DNA of 64,000 bases, from contig NIVC01003121.1 in assembly GCA_002269645.1 (NCBI GenBank), positions 5,243 through 69,242 on the forward strand, written 5' to 3'. The notes beneath the pieces were generated by a model. It was not told the origin of the DNA and did no database searches. It saw nothing but the letters and a program-made list of their open reading frames with translations. This DNA is from Macrostomum lignano (lineage: Eukaryota). Each line of letters begins with the position of its first letter. Within the stretch, counting starts at the first letter, position 1. Of the stretch, positions 10,719 through 22,310 are shown piece after piece. Both the position numbers and the translations under genes were made by a program.

Positions 10719-13419
10719 ATGCCGCAGACCGGGGAGTCCGACGACTTCGGCATGCGAGACGATCAGCGCGCCGCCATGGCGGAGCTCGAGCGGCTGCAGA
10801 GCACCAGACCGGAGGACTGGAACGGTGAGTAGCGCTTCCTTGGCTGCGTGCGACTTACATTTGAATTTTTAAAGATTTTCATCGCATTTTGAGCACCGCC
10901 GCCCCGCACCCCGCAATTCCGCATTGCAGAGGAAAAGGACGCCGAGTTCTTGCAGCTGCTCATGGGTGAGTCTGCGAGTTGATCCGGTCTCGAGCAGAGG
11001 TCAAGCAGGATCATAGCGGTAGCAAAACTAGAATTAGAAATGATTTTCAGCTTCAGCTTTGAGGGGTTGGCCCTCATGGGCACGAGATGCAAGACAAACC
11101 CGTTGCATTACTGCTGTGAGCTACTCAGCTCCTTGATGTACTCGTGGAAGCTTTTTTCAAGTATTTTGAGAACGTTAAACAGAGAGGCACGGCAGTTTCC
11201 ATATCCTCTCAGTGTAATTCCAAAAAAAGTCAGGGGCGTCGCCACAGGGGACAGGGGGAGATGTCCCCCAAGTGAAAGCAATGGTTTGTCCCCTCCGCCC
11301 CACCTTGTGACCCCGTTATGGAAATCAACAATTTTGCTTCAGGGCGCCGCAATAAGGGTCTGCGGCGCCGAAATGAGTGTCTGCGGCGCCAAAATGAGTG
11401 TCTGCGGCGCCGAAATGAGTGTCTGCGGCGCCGAAATGAGTATCTGCGGCGCCGAAATGAGTGTCTGCGGCGCCGAAATGAGTGTCTGCGGCGCCAAAAT
11501 GAGTGTCTGCGGCGCCAAAAAAATGTAGGATTTTATTTCATGGTAGAATTCTTGGCTTTGCCCCCTCACCATAAAATCCATGGTGACGGCCGAGGCAATT
11601 TTCAGGGAATTTAAACCGAAAACGTTAGAAGCTAATCATTAAAGGTGAAGCTGCACATCGCAAACGATTCTCCTCCAACCCGCCCGGCCGCAGAGCCGCC
11701 CCCGGACTACGAGGTCACCCGGGCGCGCATCGACGAGCTGAACGCCCAGCTGGAGAGCGAGCCGCTGCCGGAGGAGGAGGCCAAGCGCAGGCCGACGCGA
11801 ATCCGCTTCAGCGAGAATCTCGTCAGCGTGGCGCCCGAGCCCGAGCCGCCGGCTGGTGAGCTGCATGAGGACACGAGCGACGAGGCGGAGGACGAGGAGG
11901 AGGACAGTGAAGAGGAACAGCAGCAGCAGCAGCAAGAAAGCGGCGATGCGGACGGGCTGGGCGAAATGCCGCAACCGGCCGCCAACCAAGACGATGTTGA
12001 TGAAGCACCACCTTCCAGATTGCCTCCCGCCACCACTGCTGAGCAGCAACAACAGCAGCCGCAGCAAGAGAAAGAAGCATCACAGAAGGTTGTCGTTGTA
12101 AACGGCGGTCGGATTCGGTTTGTCGACAGCTCCGACTTCGAGGCGAAGAACTCGCCGTCGCCCAGGCCGGCAAGTCGGCGCCCGAAATCAGCCGCCGCCT
12201 CCGAGTCCCGCCGGCAACCGCAGGCGCAGCAGCAGCCGCAGTCCCAGCGCCGGAAGAACCGGCAGCAGGCGGCCGCTCGGCCGACCAGCGCCCCGCAGGC
12301 CTCCTTCAGCAGGCAGCAGCAGGAGGAGGAGCAGCAGAGGCTCGAGCTGCAGCAGCCGCAGCAGCAGCACAGCCGCGAGGAGAACGAGGCCGCCTTCCAG
12401 GCCTGGCTGGCCAAGAAGCGTCGGGAACGCGGTGGCAGCGGGCGAAAGTCGTCCGCCTCAACATCTGGCGGCGGCGGCGGCTCGAAGGCGGAGGACAGCG
12501 AGGCCGCCTTCCAGGCCTGGCTGATCCGCAAGCGGCAGCAGTCGGAGGCGGAGCAGCGCCGGGCGGAGGCGGCGCGCCGCGCCGAGACTGATCGGCGCCG
12601 GGACGCAGCGGCCGAGCGCGACGGCGTCAGCTTCGAGCGCTGGCTGGAGGCGAAGCGGGCGCAGCTCCGCCGCGAGGCCGACCTGCAGCAGCGGCGGCGG
12701 ACGGAAGAAGACCCGCCGCCTGAGGCGATCCACTCGCCGGAGGAGTGTCGCAAGGCATTCAGGAGGTGAGTCGCGGGCCTGGAGCAAGGGAGGTCCTGGA
12801 GCCCCCGTTCTGCTGACCCCTGGAGGGCTGACACGTCTCGGCGAGTCGCCAGCAGCTGCGTAATCCCTACCTGAGATTACCCACCTGAGGCTACCCACTT
12901 GAGGTTTCCCACCTGAGATTACCCACCTGAGGCTACCCACTTGAGGTTTCCCACCTGAGATTACCCACCTGAGGCTACCCACTTGAGGTTACCCACCTGA
13001 GATTACCCACCTGAAGTTACGCACCTGAGGTTAACCACCTGAGATTACCCACCTGAGGTTACCCACCTGAGGTTACCCACCTGAGGTTACCCACCTGAGA
13101 TTACCCACCTGAAGTTACCCATCTGTAATTAGCCACCTCAAGGTAACCTGAGGTCAGTTACTCTGGTTAGTTCACAGAGTTAAAAGCGCTGGTGGCACAG
13201 TCCAGAGTTCGAATCCTAGTCCATCCCGAACCCCCCCCCCACCCCGCCAGCTGGCTCAAGAGGAAGGAAGAGCAGCGGCGCCAGGAGGAGAAGCTGGAGC
13301 GCCAGAGGGCGCGCATCACTCGCCTGGCGCTGCGCCGCTCACGCAAGTCGCAGGCCCTGGCCAGCGCGTTGCTGGCCGCAAACTCCTACAGGTACATGGA
13401 CTACTATGGTTATCGATAG
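10719..13419 (+). CDS. CCDC181: Coiled-coil domain-containing protein 181 ortholog, ~460 aa
   Basis: Exons 10719-10824, 10930-10965, 11694-12765 and 13251-13419 total 1383 nt. Recognised motifs: ARIDELNAQL..RIRFSENLV, KVVVVNGGRIRFVD, repeated ENEAAFQAWLxKK / FERWL / AFRSWLKRK, and C-terminal YRYMDYYGYR. Confidence 0.8.
11231..11594. mobile_element. Putative MITE-like insert with imperfect 14-bp TIRs, in CCDC181 intron 2
   Basis: CAGGGGCGTCGCCA at 11231 and TGGTGACGGCCGAG at 11581 (10/14 match). It encloses a 21-bp minisatellite; no target-site duplication identified. Confidence 0.4.
11346..11520. repeat. 21-bp minisatellite (GTCTGCGGCGCCGAAATGAGT)n
   Basis: About 8 units on the left; expanded with 25-bp variants at ~45505-45930. 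Confidence 0.92.
12865..13150. repeat. 14-bp minisatellite (TTACCCACCTGAGG)n in CCDC181 intron 3
   Basis: Tandem units; shorter mirror at ~43975-44165. Confidence 0.92.
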
Positions 13420-13829
13420 ATAGTTTTTCATGATAACAACTGGACTGGCGACTTGGGTTTGAGCTGCGACTCAGGCTGTAAAGCTGTCCGATTGCAAACT
13501 GCCAGCTCATCCTGCAACTCTTGCAGATTTGTTTGCTCCTAGAAGATTTCTGATTTTATTTCTATTTTTCTTTTTGACTATATAATTTTGGCAATCAGTG
13601 CTTAGCCCATCATATTTTCCTTCTTTGTAGGCTCTTTTACCTGTGATTTATAAATGCTACTCAGATTTATTGTTTGTTTCACGGATTCTAAACTCGCATA
13701 TCAGCACTTGTCTCTGTGGCTCTGTGCACTTTTATATGACCCACGCACTGCCTTTTGTGAGCTGCCTGTCCTCTGCTTGCGATCCTCTTCTCGATCTCCA
13801 ATTCTGTCACTGCCCTGTCACTCTCTCCG

Positions 13830-15330
13830 CCTTCTACCTCTTCGCTCACTGTCACACTCTCTCCGCTCTTTGTCACTCTCTATCCGCTCTCTGTCACACG
13901 CTCTCCGCTCTCTGCCCCACTCCCTCCGCTCTCTGCCCCACTCTCTCCGCTCTCTGCCCCACTCTCTCTCCGCTCTCTGCCCCACTCCCTCCGCTCTCTG
14001 CCCCACTCCCTCCGCTCTCTGCCCCACTCCCTCCGCTCACTGTCACACTCTCTCCGCTCTTTGTCACTCTCTCTCCGCTCTCTGCCCCACTCTCTCTCCG
14101 CTCTTTGCCCCACTCCCTCCGCTCTCTGCCCCACTCCCTCCGCTCTCTGCCCCACTCCCTCCGCTCTCTGCCCCACTCCCTCCGCTCTCTGCCCCACTCC
14201 CTCCGCTCTCTGCCCCACTCCCTCCGCTCTCTGCCCCACTCCCTCCGCTCTCTGTCACTCTCTCTCCGCTCTCTGCCCCACTCCCTCCGCTCTCTGCCCC
14301 ACTCCCTCCGCTCTCTGCCCCACTCCCTCCGCTCTCTGTCACTCTCTCTCTCCGCTCTCTGCCCCACTCTCCGCTCTCTGTCACTCTCTCTCCGCTCTCT
14401 GTCACTCTCTCCGCTCTCTGTCACTCTCTCCGCTATCTGTCACTCTCTCTCCGCTCTCTGTCACTCCCTCTCTCCGCTCTCTGTCACTCTCTCCGCCTTC
14501 TACCTCTTCGCTCACTGTCACACTCTCTCCGCTCTTTGTCACTCTCTATCCGCTCTCTGCCCCACTCCCTCCGCTCTCTGCCCCACTCTCTCTCCGCTCT
14601 CTGCCCCACTCTCTCTCCGCTCTCTGCCCCACTCCCTCCGCTCTCTGCCCCACTCCCTCCGCTCTCTGCCCCACTCCCTCCGCTCTCTGCCCCACTCCCT
14701 CCGCTCTCTGCCCCACTCCCTCCGCTCTCTGCCCCACTCCCTCCGCTCTCTGCCCCACTCCCTCCGCTCTCTGTCACTCTCTCTCCGCTCTCTGCCCCAC
14801 TCCCTCCGCTCTCTGCCCCACTTCCTCCGCTCTCTGCCCCACTCCCTCCGCTCTCTGCCCCACTCCCTCCGCTCTCTGTCACTCTCTCTCCGCTCTCTGT
14901 CACTCTCTCTCTCCGCTCTCTGCCCCACTCTCCGCTCTCTGTCACTCTCTCTCCGCTCTCTGTCACTCTCTCCGCTATCTGTCACTCTCTCTCTCTCCGC
15001 TCTCTGTCACTCCCTCTCTCCGCTCTCTGTCACTCTCTCCGCTCTCTGTCACTCTCTCTCTCTCCGCTCTTTGTCACTCTCTCTCCGCCCTCTGTCACAC
15101 TCTCTCCACCCTCTGCCCCACTCTCTCCGCCTTCTGTCACACTCTCTCCACCCTCTGCCCCACTCTCTCCGCCTTCTGTCACACTCTCTCCACCCTTTGC
15201 CCCACTCTCTCCGCCTTCTGTCACACTCTCTCCGCCCTCTGCCCCGCTCTCTCAGCCCTCTGTCACACTCCCACCACCCTCTGTCACTCTCTCTCCGCTC
15301 TCTGCCGCACTCTTTGCCACACTCTCCCCG
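13830..15330. repeat. Pyrimidine-rich ~21-bp minisatellite (CTCCGCTCTCTGCCCCACTCC)n
   Basis: About 1.5 kb of tandem variants; mirror at ~41790-43300. It generates many low-complexity spurious ORFs. Confidence 0.95.
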
Positions 15331-15920
15331 CCCGCTCTTTTTTAACAAGCAAGCATTTATGGTATTAAAATTCAGACCAAGTGACCCGTTCAGCTTCAGT
15401 TTAGCTGGTTTGTTTCCCTCCTAACTTTGCAGCTCGTTTTTCTTCTGTTGGCAACAGGTCGCAATTTCTGTCTCTGTCAGACCTCTCTCTAGTTAGCAGG
15501 GCTCTAGCGGACTGTGCAATTAATTAAGCTGGTACATGCTTACAGTTCGGCTTTGTGTCTGATTTGCCCCTGGTCCTTTTCTGCCTTGCGCGCACCTTAC
15601 TTTGCCTCCGGCTTATCTGTTCCTATGTTATATATTTATTATTTTTATATAATATACATATTTTTATCCGATAACTCAGCGGTGTAAACGTGCAACAGAT
15701 ATGAACCCTCTTGTGTTTATTGCATATTTTGCCTGCGTATGAATAAACTCTAATTTGTACACACTTTGAAAACACTGCGCAGCAAACTGCAATTACAAGA
15801 CTGACAGCTCGGCTTCTCAACACTTCATTGCATCAAATTTCTCCATCTGAACGCCACCGATGACCATCTGGAAAGCAAATTCCAACCACTTATGGCAACT
15901 AGATGAATCTACTAGAATAT

Positions 15921-18447
15921 TCACAAGCTATGGAATCTTCACAAACTAGAATCTTCACGAACTATAATCTTCACAAACTATAGAATCTTCACCAACTAGA
16001 ATCTACAAAAACTGGAACATTCAAAAACTAGAATCTTCCCAAACTAGAATCGTCACAAACTAGAATCTTCAAAAACTAGAATCTTCCCAAACTAGAATCT
16101 TCAAAAACTAGAATCTTCACCAACTAGAATCTACAAAAACTAGAACATTAAAAAAACTAGAATCTTCCCAAACTATAATCTTCACAAACTACATGTATAA
16201 TCTTCACAAACTAGAATCTTCACAAACTAGAATCTTCACAAACTAGAATCTTCACAGACTAGAATCTTCACGAACTATAATCTTCACAAACTAGAATCTT
16301 CACAAACTAGAATCTTCACAGACTAGAATCTTCACGAACTATAATCTTCACAAACTAGAATCTTCACAGACTAGAATCTTCACAAACTAGAATCTTCACA
16401 AACTAGAATCTTCACAGACTAGAATCTTCACAAACTATAATCTTCACAGACTAGAATCTTCTCAAACTAGAATCTTCACAGACTAGAATCTTCACGAACT
16501 ATAATCTTCACAAACTAGAATCTTCACAAACTAGAATTTTCACAAACTAGAATCTTCCCAAACTAGAATCTTCAAAAACTAGAATCTTCCCAAACTAGAA
16601 TCTTCACAAACTAGAATCTTCACAAACTAGAATCTTCACAAACTACATGTATAATCTTCACAAACTAGAATCTTCACAAACTAGAATCTTCACAAACTAG
16701 AATCTTCACAGACTAGAATCTTCACGAACTATAATCTTCACAAACTAGAATCTTCACAAACTATAATCTTCACAAACTAGAATCTTCACAAACTACAATC
16801 TTCACAAACTAGAATCTTCACAAACTAGAATCGTCACAAACTAGAATCTTCACAAACTAGAATCTTCACAAACAAGAATATTTACATACTATAGAATGTT
16901 CACAGACTAGAATCTTCAGAAACTATAGAATCTTCGCAAATTGGAATCTTTTAATTAGAATACTGCCTGAGATGTTTGTAAAGAATCTAGTTTCTGAAGA
17001 TTTTAGCTTGTAAAGATTATAGCTGGTGAATCTTATTTTTTGTAAATATAGTTCTAGTTTGTGAAAATTCTAGTTTGTGAAGATTCTACGAGTAGTTTGT
17101 GAAGATTCTAGTTTGTGAAGATTATAGTTTGGGAAGATTATAGTCTGTGAAGGTTATAGTTTGCGAAGATTTTTATAGTTTGTGAAGATTATAGTTTGTG
17201 AAGATTTTTATAGTTTGGGAAGATTGTAGTTTGTGAAGATTATAGTTTGTGAAGATTAAAGTTTGTGAAGATTCTAGTTTAGGAAGATTATAGTTTGTGA
17301 ATATTATAGTCTGTGAAGATTCTAGTTTGGGAAGATTATAGTTTGTGAAGATTATAGTTTGTGAAGATTCTACGAGTAGTTTGTGAAGATTCTAGTTTGT
17401 GAAGATTATAGTTTGGGAAGATTATAGTCTGTGAAGGTTAAAGTTTGCGAAGATTTTATAGTTTGGGAAGATTTTTATAGTTTGTGAAGATTATAGTTTG
17501 TGAAGATTTTTATAGTTTGTGAAGATTCTAGTTTGTGACGATTCTAGTTTGTGAAGATTCTAGTTTGTGAAGATTCTAGTCTGTGAAGATTCTAGTTTGT
17601 GAAGATTATAGTTTGTGAAGATTCTAGTTTGTGAAGATTATAGTTCGTGAAGATTCTAGTCTGTGAAGATTCTAGTTTGTGAAGATTCTAGTTTGTGACG
17701 ATTCTAGTTTGTGACGATTCTAGTTTGTGAAGATTCTAGTTTGTGAAGATTTTTATAGTTTGTGAAGATTCTAGTTTGTGAAGATTCTAGTTTGTGAAGA
17801 TTATAGTTTGTGAAGATTCTAGTTTGTGAAGATTATAGTTCGTGAAGATTCTAGTCTGTGAAGATTCTAGTTTGTGAAGATTCTAGTTTGTGACGATTCT
17901 AGTTTGTGACGATTCTAGTTTGTGAAGATTCTAGTTTGTGAAGATTTTTATAGTTTGTGAAGATTATAGTTTGTGAACATTATAGTTTGTGAAGATTATA
18001 GTTTGTGAAGATTATAGTTTGTGAAGATTATAGTTCGTGAAGATTCTAGTCTGTGAAGATTCTAGTTTGTGAAGATTCTAGTTTGTGACGATTCTAGTTT
18101 GTGACGATTCTAGTTTGTGAAGATTCTAGTTTGTGAAGATTTTTATAGTTTGTGAAGATTCTAGTTTGTGAAGATTCTAGTTTGTGAAGATTATAGTTTG
18201 TGAAGATTCTAGTTTGTGAAGATTATAGTTCGTGAAGATTCTAGTCTGTGAAGATTCTAGTTTGTGAAGATTCTAGTTTGTGACGATTCTAGTTTGTGAC
18301 GATTCTAGTTTGTGAAGATTCTAGTTTGTGAAGATTTTTATAGTTTGTGAAGATTATAGTTTGTGAACATTATAGTTTGTGAAGATTATAGTTTGTGAAG
18401 ATTATAGTTTGTGAAGATTATAGTTTGGGAAGATTATAGTTTGGGAA
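15921..18447. repeat. Fold-back satellite: 16-bp (AAACTAGAATCTTCAC)n array followed by its inverse
   Basis: Forward units ~15921-16935, degenerate loop ~16936-17050, inverted units ~17051-18447. Confidence 0.93.
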
Positions 18448-19054
18448 GCTGCCCAGAAAAGTGCAGATTTTCCGAAAGATGTCAGTTGAACACCTGCACA
18501 GAATGTACGCTCGTATTGCAGGCTCGTACAATTTAAGCACTGGCCTGAGGCTTTGACGAGAATTATAAAGTGTCTCGGAATCACGCGCAGCCCTGCACGC
18601 TACGTAAGAGCTGGAATTATAGATGAGGCACCGCACGGATCCCTGATTTTAATTGCCTTCATCTGCGAGATGGAGATCCGCAAATCCACCAGAGACTTCG
18701 CAAGATACCCGGTTGCATACAGTAAAATTTGAGTCGCAAATCCAATTCCACTTGAGCCAGGCATGAGGACTGGCTGAGCTGGGGTTGGTAATGAAATTGC
18801 TCAGTCACGTGATAGCAGGTGGGCACTGGAAGAGCCAGTGCTGGATAGTCACTCGCGCACATCAGCCCCTCAAAAAGTGGGGCAAGGGAGCCGGTGTACA
18901 TTTACTCAGTTTAACAAGCCCCACCCCACCTGTACTCACCGCTCCAACTTGGAGGCAGGCAAGAAAGGAGAGAGAGAGAGTGTGTATGCGTGTGTATAGA
19001 AGCCAGACCGCTAGAAGCCACCCAGGCAAAAGCAACACTCAAGCAAGCCAGGAA

Positions 19055-21260
19055 ATGTCAAAGAAGCATCTGGAACACGCACTGCAGGCTGGGCACAGAA
19101 TCTCGGCCGGGCAGCCGCATCACCAGCCCCGGGGTCCCGTCCGGCTGGAGGCTGGGCCGTCCATCGCCGGCTCCCCAGAGGACGAAGGCCTGTTCGCCCT
19201 CTGCTACGTTGACGGCGACCGTCGGCTGGTGCTGGGCACCGGCTCCGAAGGAATTCGCTGCCTGGCGGCTGACTTCGCGGCGGGCGGCGAGGCGGCCGTT
19301 CTGGCCGAGGCGGTGACGGTGAAGCAGAACCAGCCATTTGGCGGGCTGGCGGTGGCCTGCGTGCGCGGGGTGAGGGCGGGCGATTGCGGGACTCGATGAG
19401 CTTCGGGCTGTAATATGCTGTAATTTGCTGCGACGATGCTGTAATGATGCTGTGATGATGCTGTAATTTGCTGCGACGATGCTGTGATGATGCTGTAATT
19501 TGCTGCGACGATGCTGTAATGATGCCGTGATGATGCTGTAATTTGCTGCGACGATGCTGTAATGATGCTGTGATGATGCTGTAATTTGCTGCGACGATGC
19601 TGTAATGATGCTGTGATGATGCTGTAATGACTCTGTAATGGTGATGTAATATGCTGTAATGGTGATGTAATATGCTGTAATGGTGCTGTAATATGCTGTA
19701 ATGATGCTGTAATATGCTGCAATAATGCTGTAATATGCTGTAATATGCTGTAATGATGCTGTAATATGCTGCAATAATGCTGTAATATGCTGTAATGATG
19801 CTGTAATATGCTGCAATAATGCTGTAATATGCTGTAATGATGCTGTAATATGCTGCAATAATGCTGTAATATGCTGTAATGATGCTGTAATATGCTGTAA
19901 CATGCTGTAATGATGCTGATGCTGTGATGATGCTGTCATAAAATGGCATTTCCCGCAGATCCGCAGCCACCCCGACGTCATCCTGGCCGCCGCCACTTCC
20001 GGCTACGTTTACAAGGCCGACTGGAGCAGCCCGGGCTTCAGCACCGTCGTCACCGAGCGGGGCAACCATCTGTCAGCAGTGGACACCTCGGACGAGCACC
20101 TGGCCACGGTTGGCTCGGACTGCAGCGTCCGAGTTTACGACCTGCGCACCTGCCAGCCCGTCCGGCAGTACAGCGGTTACCGGGATCTCGACCCCGACTG
20201 TCCCGAAGGCCACGCCACTCGCCTGTTCGCCGCCAGGTTCAACGCCGACGGCCTTCTGCTGACCTCCGGCTGGGACGACTGCGTCAAGTTTTGGGACCTC
20301 CGCCTGGCCAGCGGCGACCCCGTCAGGCGCCTGTCCGGGCCGCACATCTGCTGTCCAGACGGGCTCGACGTGAAAGGCGACCGCGTGCTCACTGGTGAGC
20401 TACGGTCTCTCAGAGTCTGCGATTGGGGATTCCCGAGTCTGCGATTGGGGATTCCCGAGTCTGCGATTGGGGATTCCCGAGTCTGCGATTGGGGATTCCC
20501 GAGTCTGCGATTGGGGATTCCCGAGTCTGCGATTGGGGATTCCCGAGTCTGCGATTGGGGATTCCCAGAGTCTGCGATTGGGGATTCCCGAGTCTGCGAT
20601 TGGGGATTCCCGAATCTGCGATTGGGGATTCCCCAAGTCTGCGACTGGGGATTTCCCCAGTTTACGACTAGGATTCCCAGAGTTTACGACTGGGAATTCC
20701 CCACTTACCGACTTTGCGACTGGGGATTCCCCACTCCCCGAGTTTGTGACTGGGGGATTCTCCGAGTCTGCGGCTGGGGATTCCCGAGTCACTGTTAGGG
20801 ATTCCTGACTCTGGTTAAATTCCTCGAGTCTTTGAGTGAAATTCACGCAGTCTTTGGCAGGGTTTCTCGAATATTTGATTGTGAACATGGGATTACCCAC
20901 TCTCTGATTTGCCTGTGCTGGCAGCCCTGAAACCATGCCAACCATTCGCTCCGCAGGCTCCTACCGCGCCGGCTCGGCTCTACAGCTTTGGGACGCCAGG
21001 CAGTGCGAGGCCCCCTCACCAGCTGGCCAGCCGACCACGTCTACTGCGCCCGGTTCACCGCCAAATCCACCGTGGCCTCGGCCGGCGCTCTCAGCCGCTG
21101 CCTGACTGTATGGCCCGCCGCGGTGACCAGCGAGACGTCGCCGGAGCCGCTGGCCCGGCTGGAGCTGGACTCGGCGGTGTACAGCATGGCCGCGGCTGAG
21201 GATGGACGGCTGGCCGTCGGGTGCCGCAGCGGGAGGCTGCAGCTGGCGAGACTGCGGTGA
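19055..21260 (+). CDS. WD40-repeat protein, ~351 aa (one 1-bp frameshift in exon 3)
   Basis: Exons 19055-19369, 19959-20394 and 20957-21260. Motifs ATVGSDCSVRVYDLR, GHATRLFAARF..LTSGWDDCVKFWDLR, LSGPHIC..LDV..VLTGSY..LQLWD. The C run at ~21011-21015 is one base short. Confidence 0.82.
19405..19935. repeat. GATGCTGTAAT-type short-unit minisatellite in WD40 intron 1
   Basis: Tandem 9-12-bp variants with higher-order blocks; mirror at ~36590-37155. Confidence 0.9.
20410..20800. repeat. 22-bp minisatellite (CTGCGATTGGGGATTCCCGAGT)n in WD40 intron 2
   Basis: The intron is 562 bp on the left and 474 bp on the right; the difference of 88 equals 4 x 22. Confidence 0.93.
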
Positions 21261-21399
21261 TCGGAGAGACCAGCAGATGAAGTTTGTCTTCAATCGGCAC
21301 ATGCTTGAGTTTACCGTGATTGACTGTTTGGATTTCCGAGTCGGATTTTTATTTCTAAAAGCAGAGACTTTTTGGTATTCCCTTTGTCTGCGATTGTGG

Positions 21400-21610
21400 A
21401 TTCCCTCGTCTGCGACCCGGGATTCCCTCGTCTGCGACCCGGGATTCCCTCGTCTGCGATTAAGAATTCCCTAGTCTGCGATTGGGGATTCCCTCGTCTG
21501 CGATTAGGTATTCCCTAGTCTGCGATCGGGGATTCCCTTGTCTGCGATTGGGGATTCCCTCGTCTGCGATTGGGGATTCCCTCGCCTGCGATTGGGGATT
21601 CCCGAGTTTG
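21400..21610. repeat. 22-bp minisatellite (CTGCGATTGGGGATTCCCTCGT)n downstream of the WD40 gene
   Basis: Same family and orientation as 20410-20800; mirror at ~34905-35225. Confidence 0.9.
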
Positions 21611-22108
21611 TGATTTTGGTACGCTCGTTGGGAAGATTGAATAGCTACATCGTATTGAATAGCTAAGCTATTCAATACGATGAAACACAGCAGTTTCAGG
21701 ACTGTGGGGACAAAAGTCTCACGAATGCTTACAAATTTCGGTCTGCCATATTTTTAGACAACTGGCTTCTCGTCCGTCCTTTAGCTCACTCGCCTCACTT
21801 ATCCTGCTGTTTCCGCAGGATGAATTCAAATTCAAATGCCAATCCAATATTCCTTCCAGTCTAAATTAACCATGCAGGAATTCATGTATTTTCACGAATT
21901 CTCATTTCGTTTTAACATTTGACTTCAATTATTTTCAATCGAGAAAAATAAAATTTTATTTACAAGTGTAATTTTAGCTCACTGTTGTCCGATATTTACT
22001 GCTTTGAAAATCTTCTAATAGGTTGAAAGTAGTATGAACCCTTGGCACTTAGAGTCCAGTTTGAGTTCAATTTCTGTAACCTGTGAACTCGATATCTAAA
22101 ACCGCTGG

Positions 22109-22310
22109 TTGCACTGGTCAGTGACCGGTGATTGCACTGGTCAGTGATCGGTGATTGCACTGGTCAGTAACCGGTGATTGCACTGGTCAGTGACCGGTGA
22201 TTGCACTGGTCAGTGACCGGTGATTGCACTGGTCAGTAACCGGTGATTGCACTGGTCAGTGACCGGTGATTGCACTGGTCAGTGACCGGTGATTGCAATG
22301 GTCAGTAACC
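22109..22310. repeat. 23-bp minisatellite (TGCACTGGTCAGTGACCGGTGAT)n
   Basis: About 9 units on the left; ~15 at 34090-34450. Confidence 0.92.

Noticed and set aside
11707-12834. 375-aa antisense ORF over CCDC181 and similar shadow ORFs over ALP, RT and the EF-hand gene
   Set aside because: Expected by-products of GC-rich codon usage opposite real coding exons.
13643-15424. Long 400-600-aa ORFs (SLRSLPH, PLSAP, GAESG) here and at 41688-43475
   Set aside because: Stop-free 21-bp minisatellite open in nearly all frames; the frames are not conserved between arms.
19011-20069. SIIT/QHH-rich ORFs on the minus strand
   Set aside because: Translations of the WD40 intron-1 minisatellite plus antisense exon sequence.
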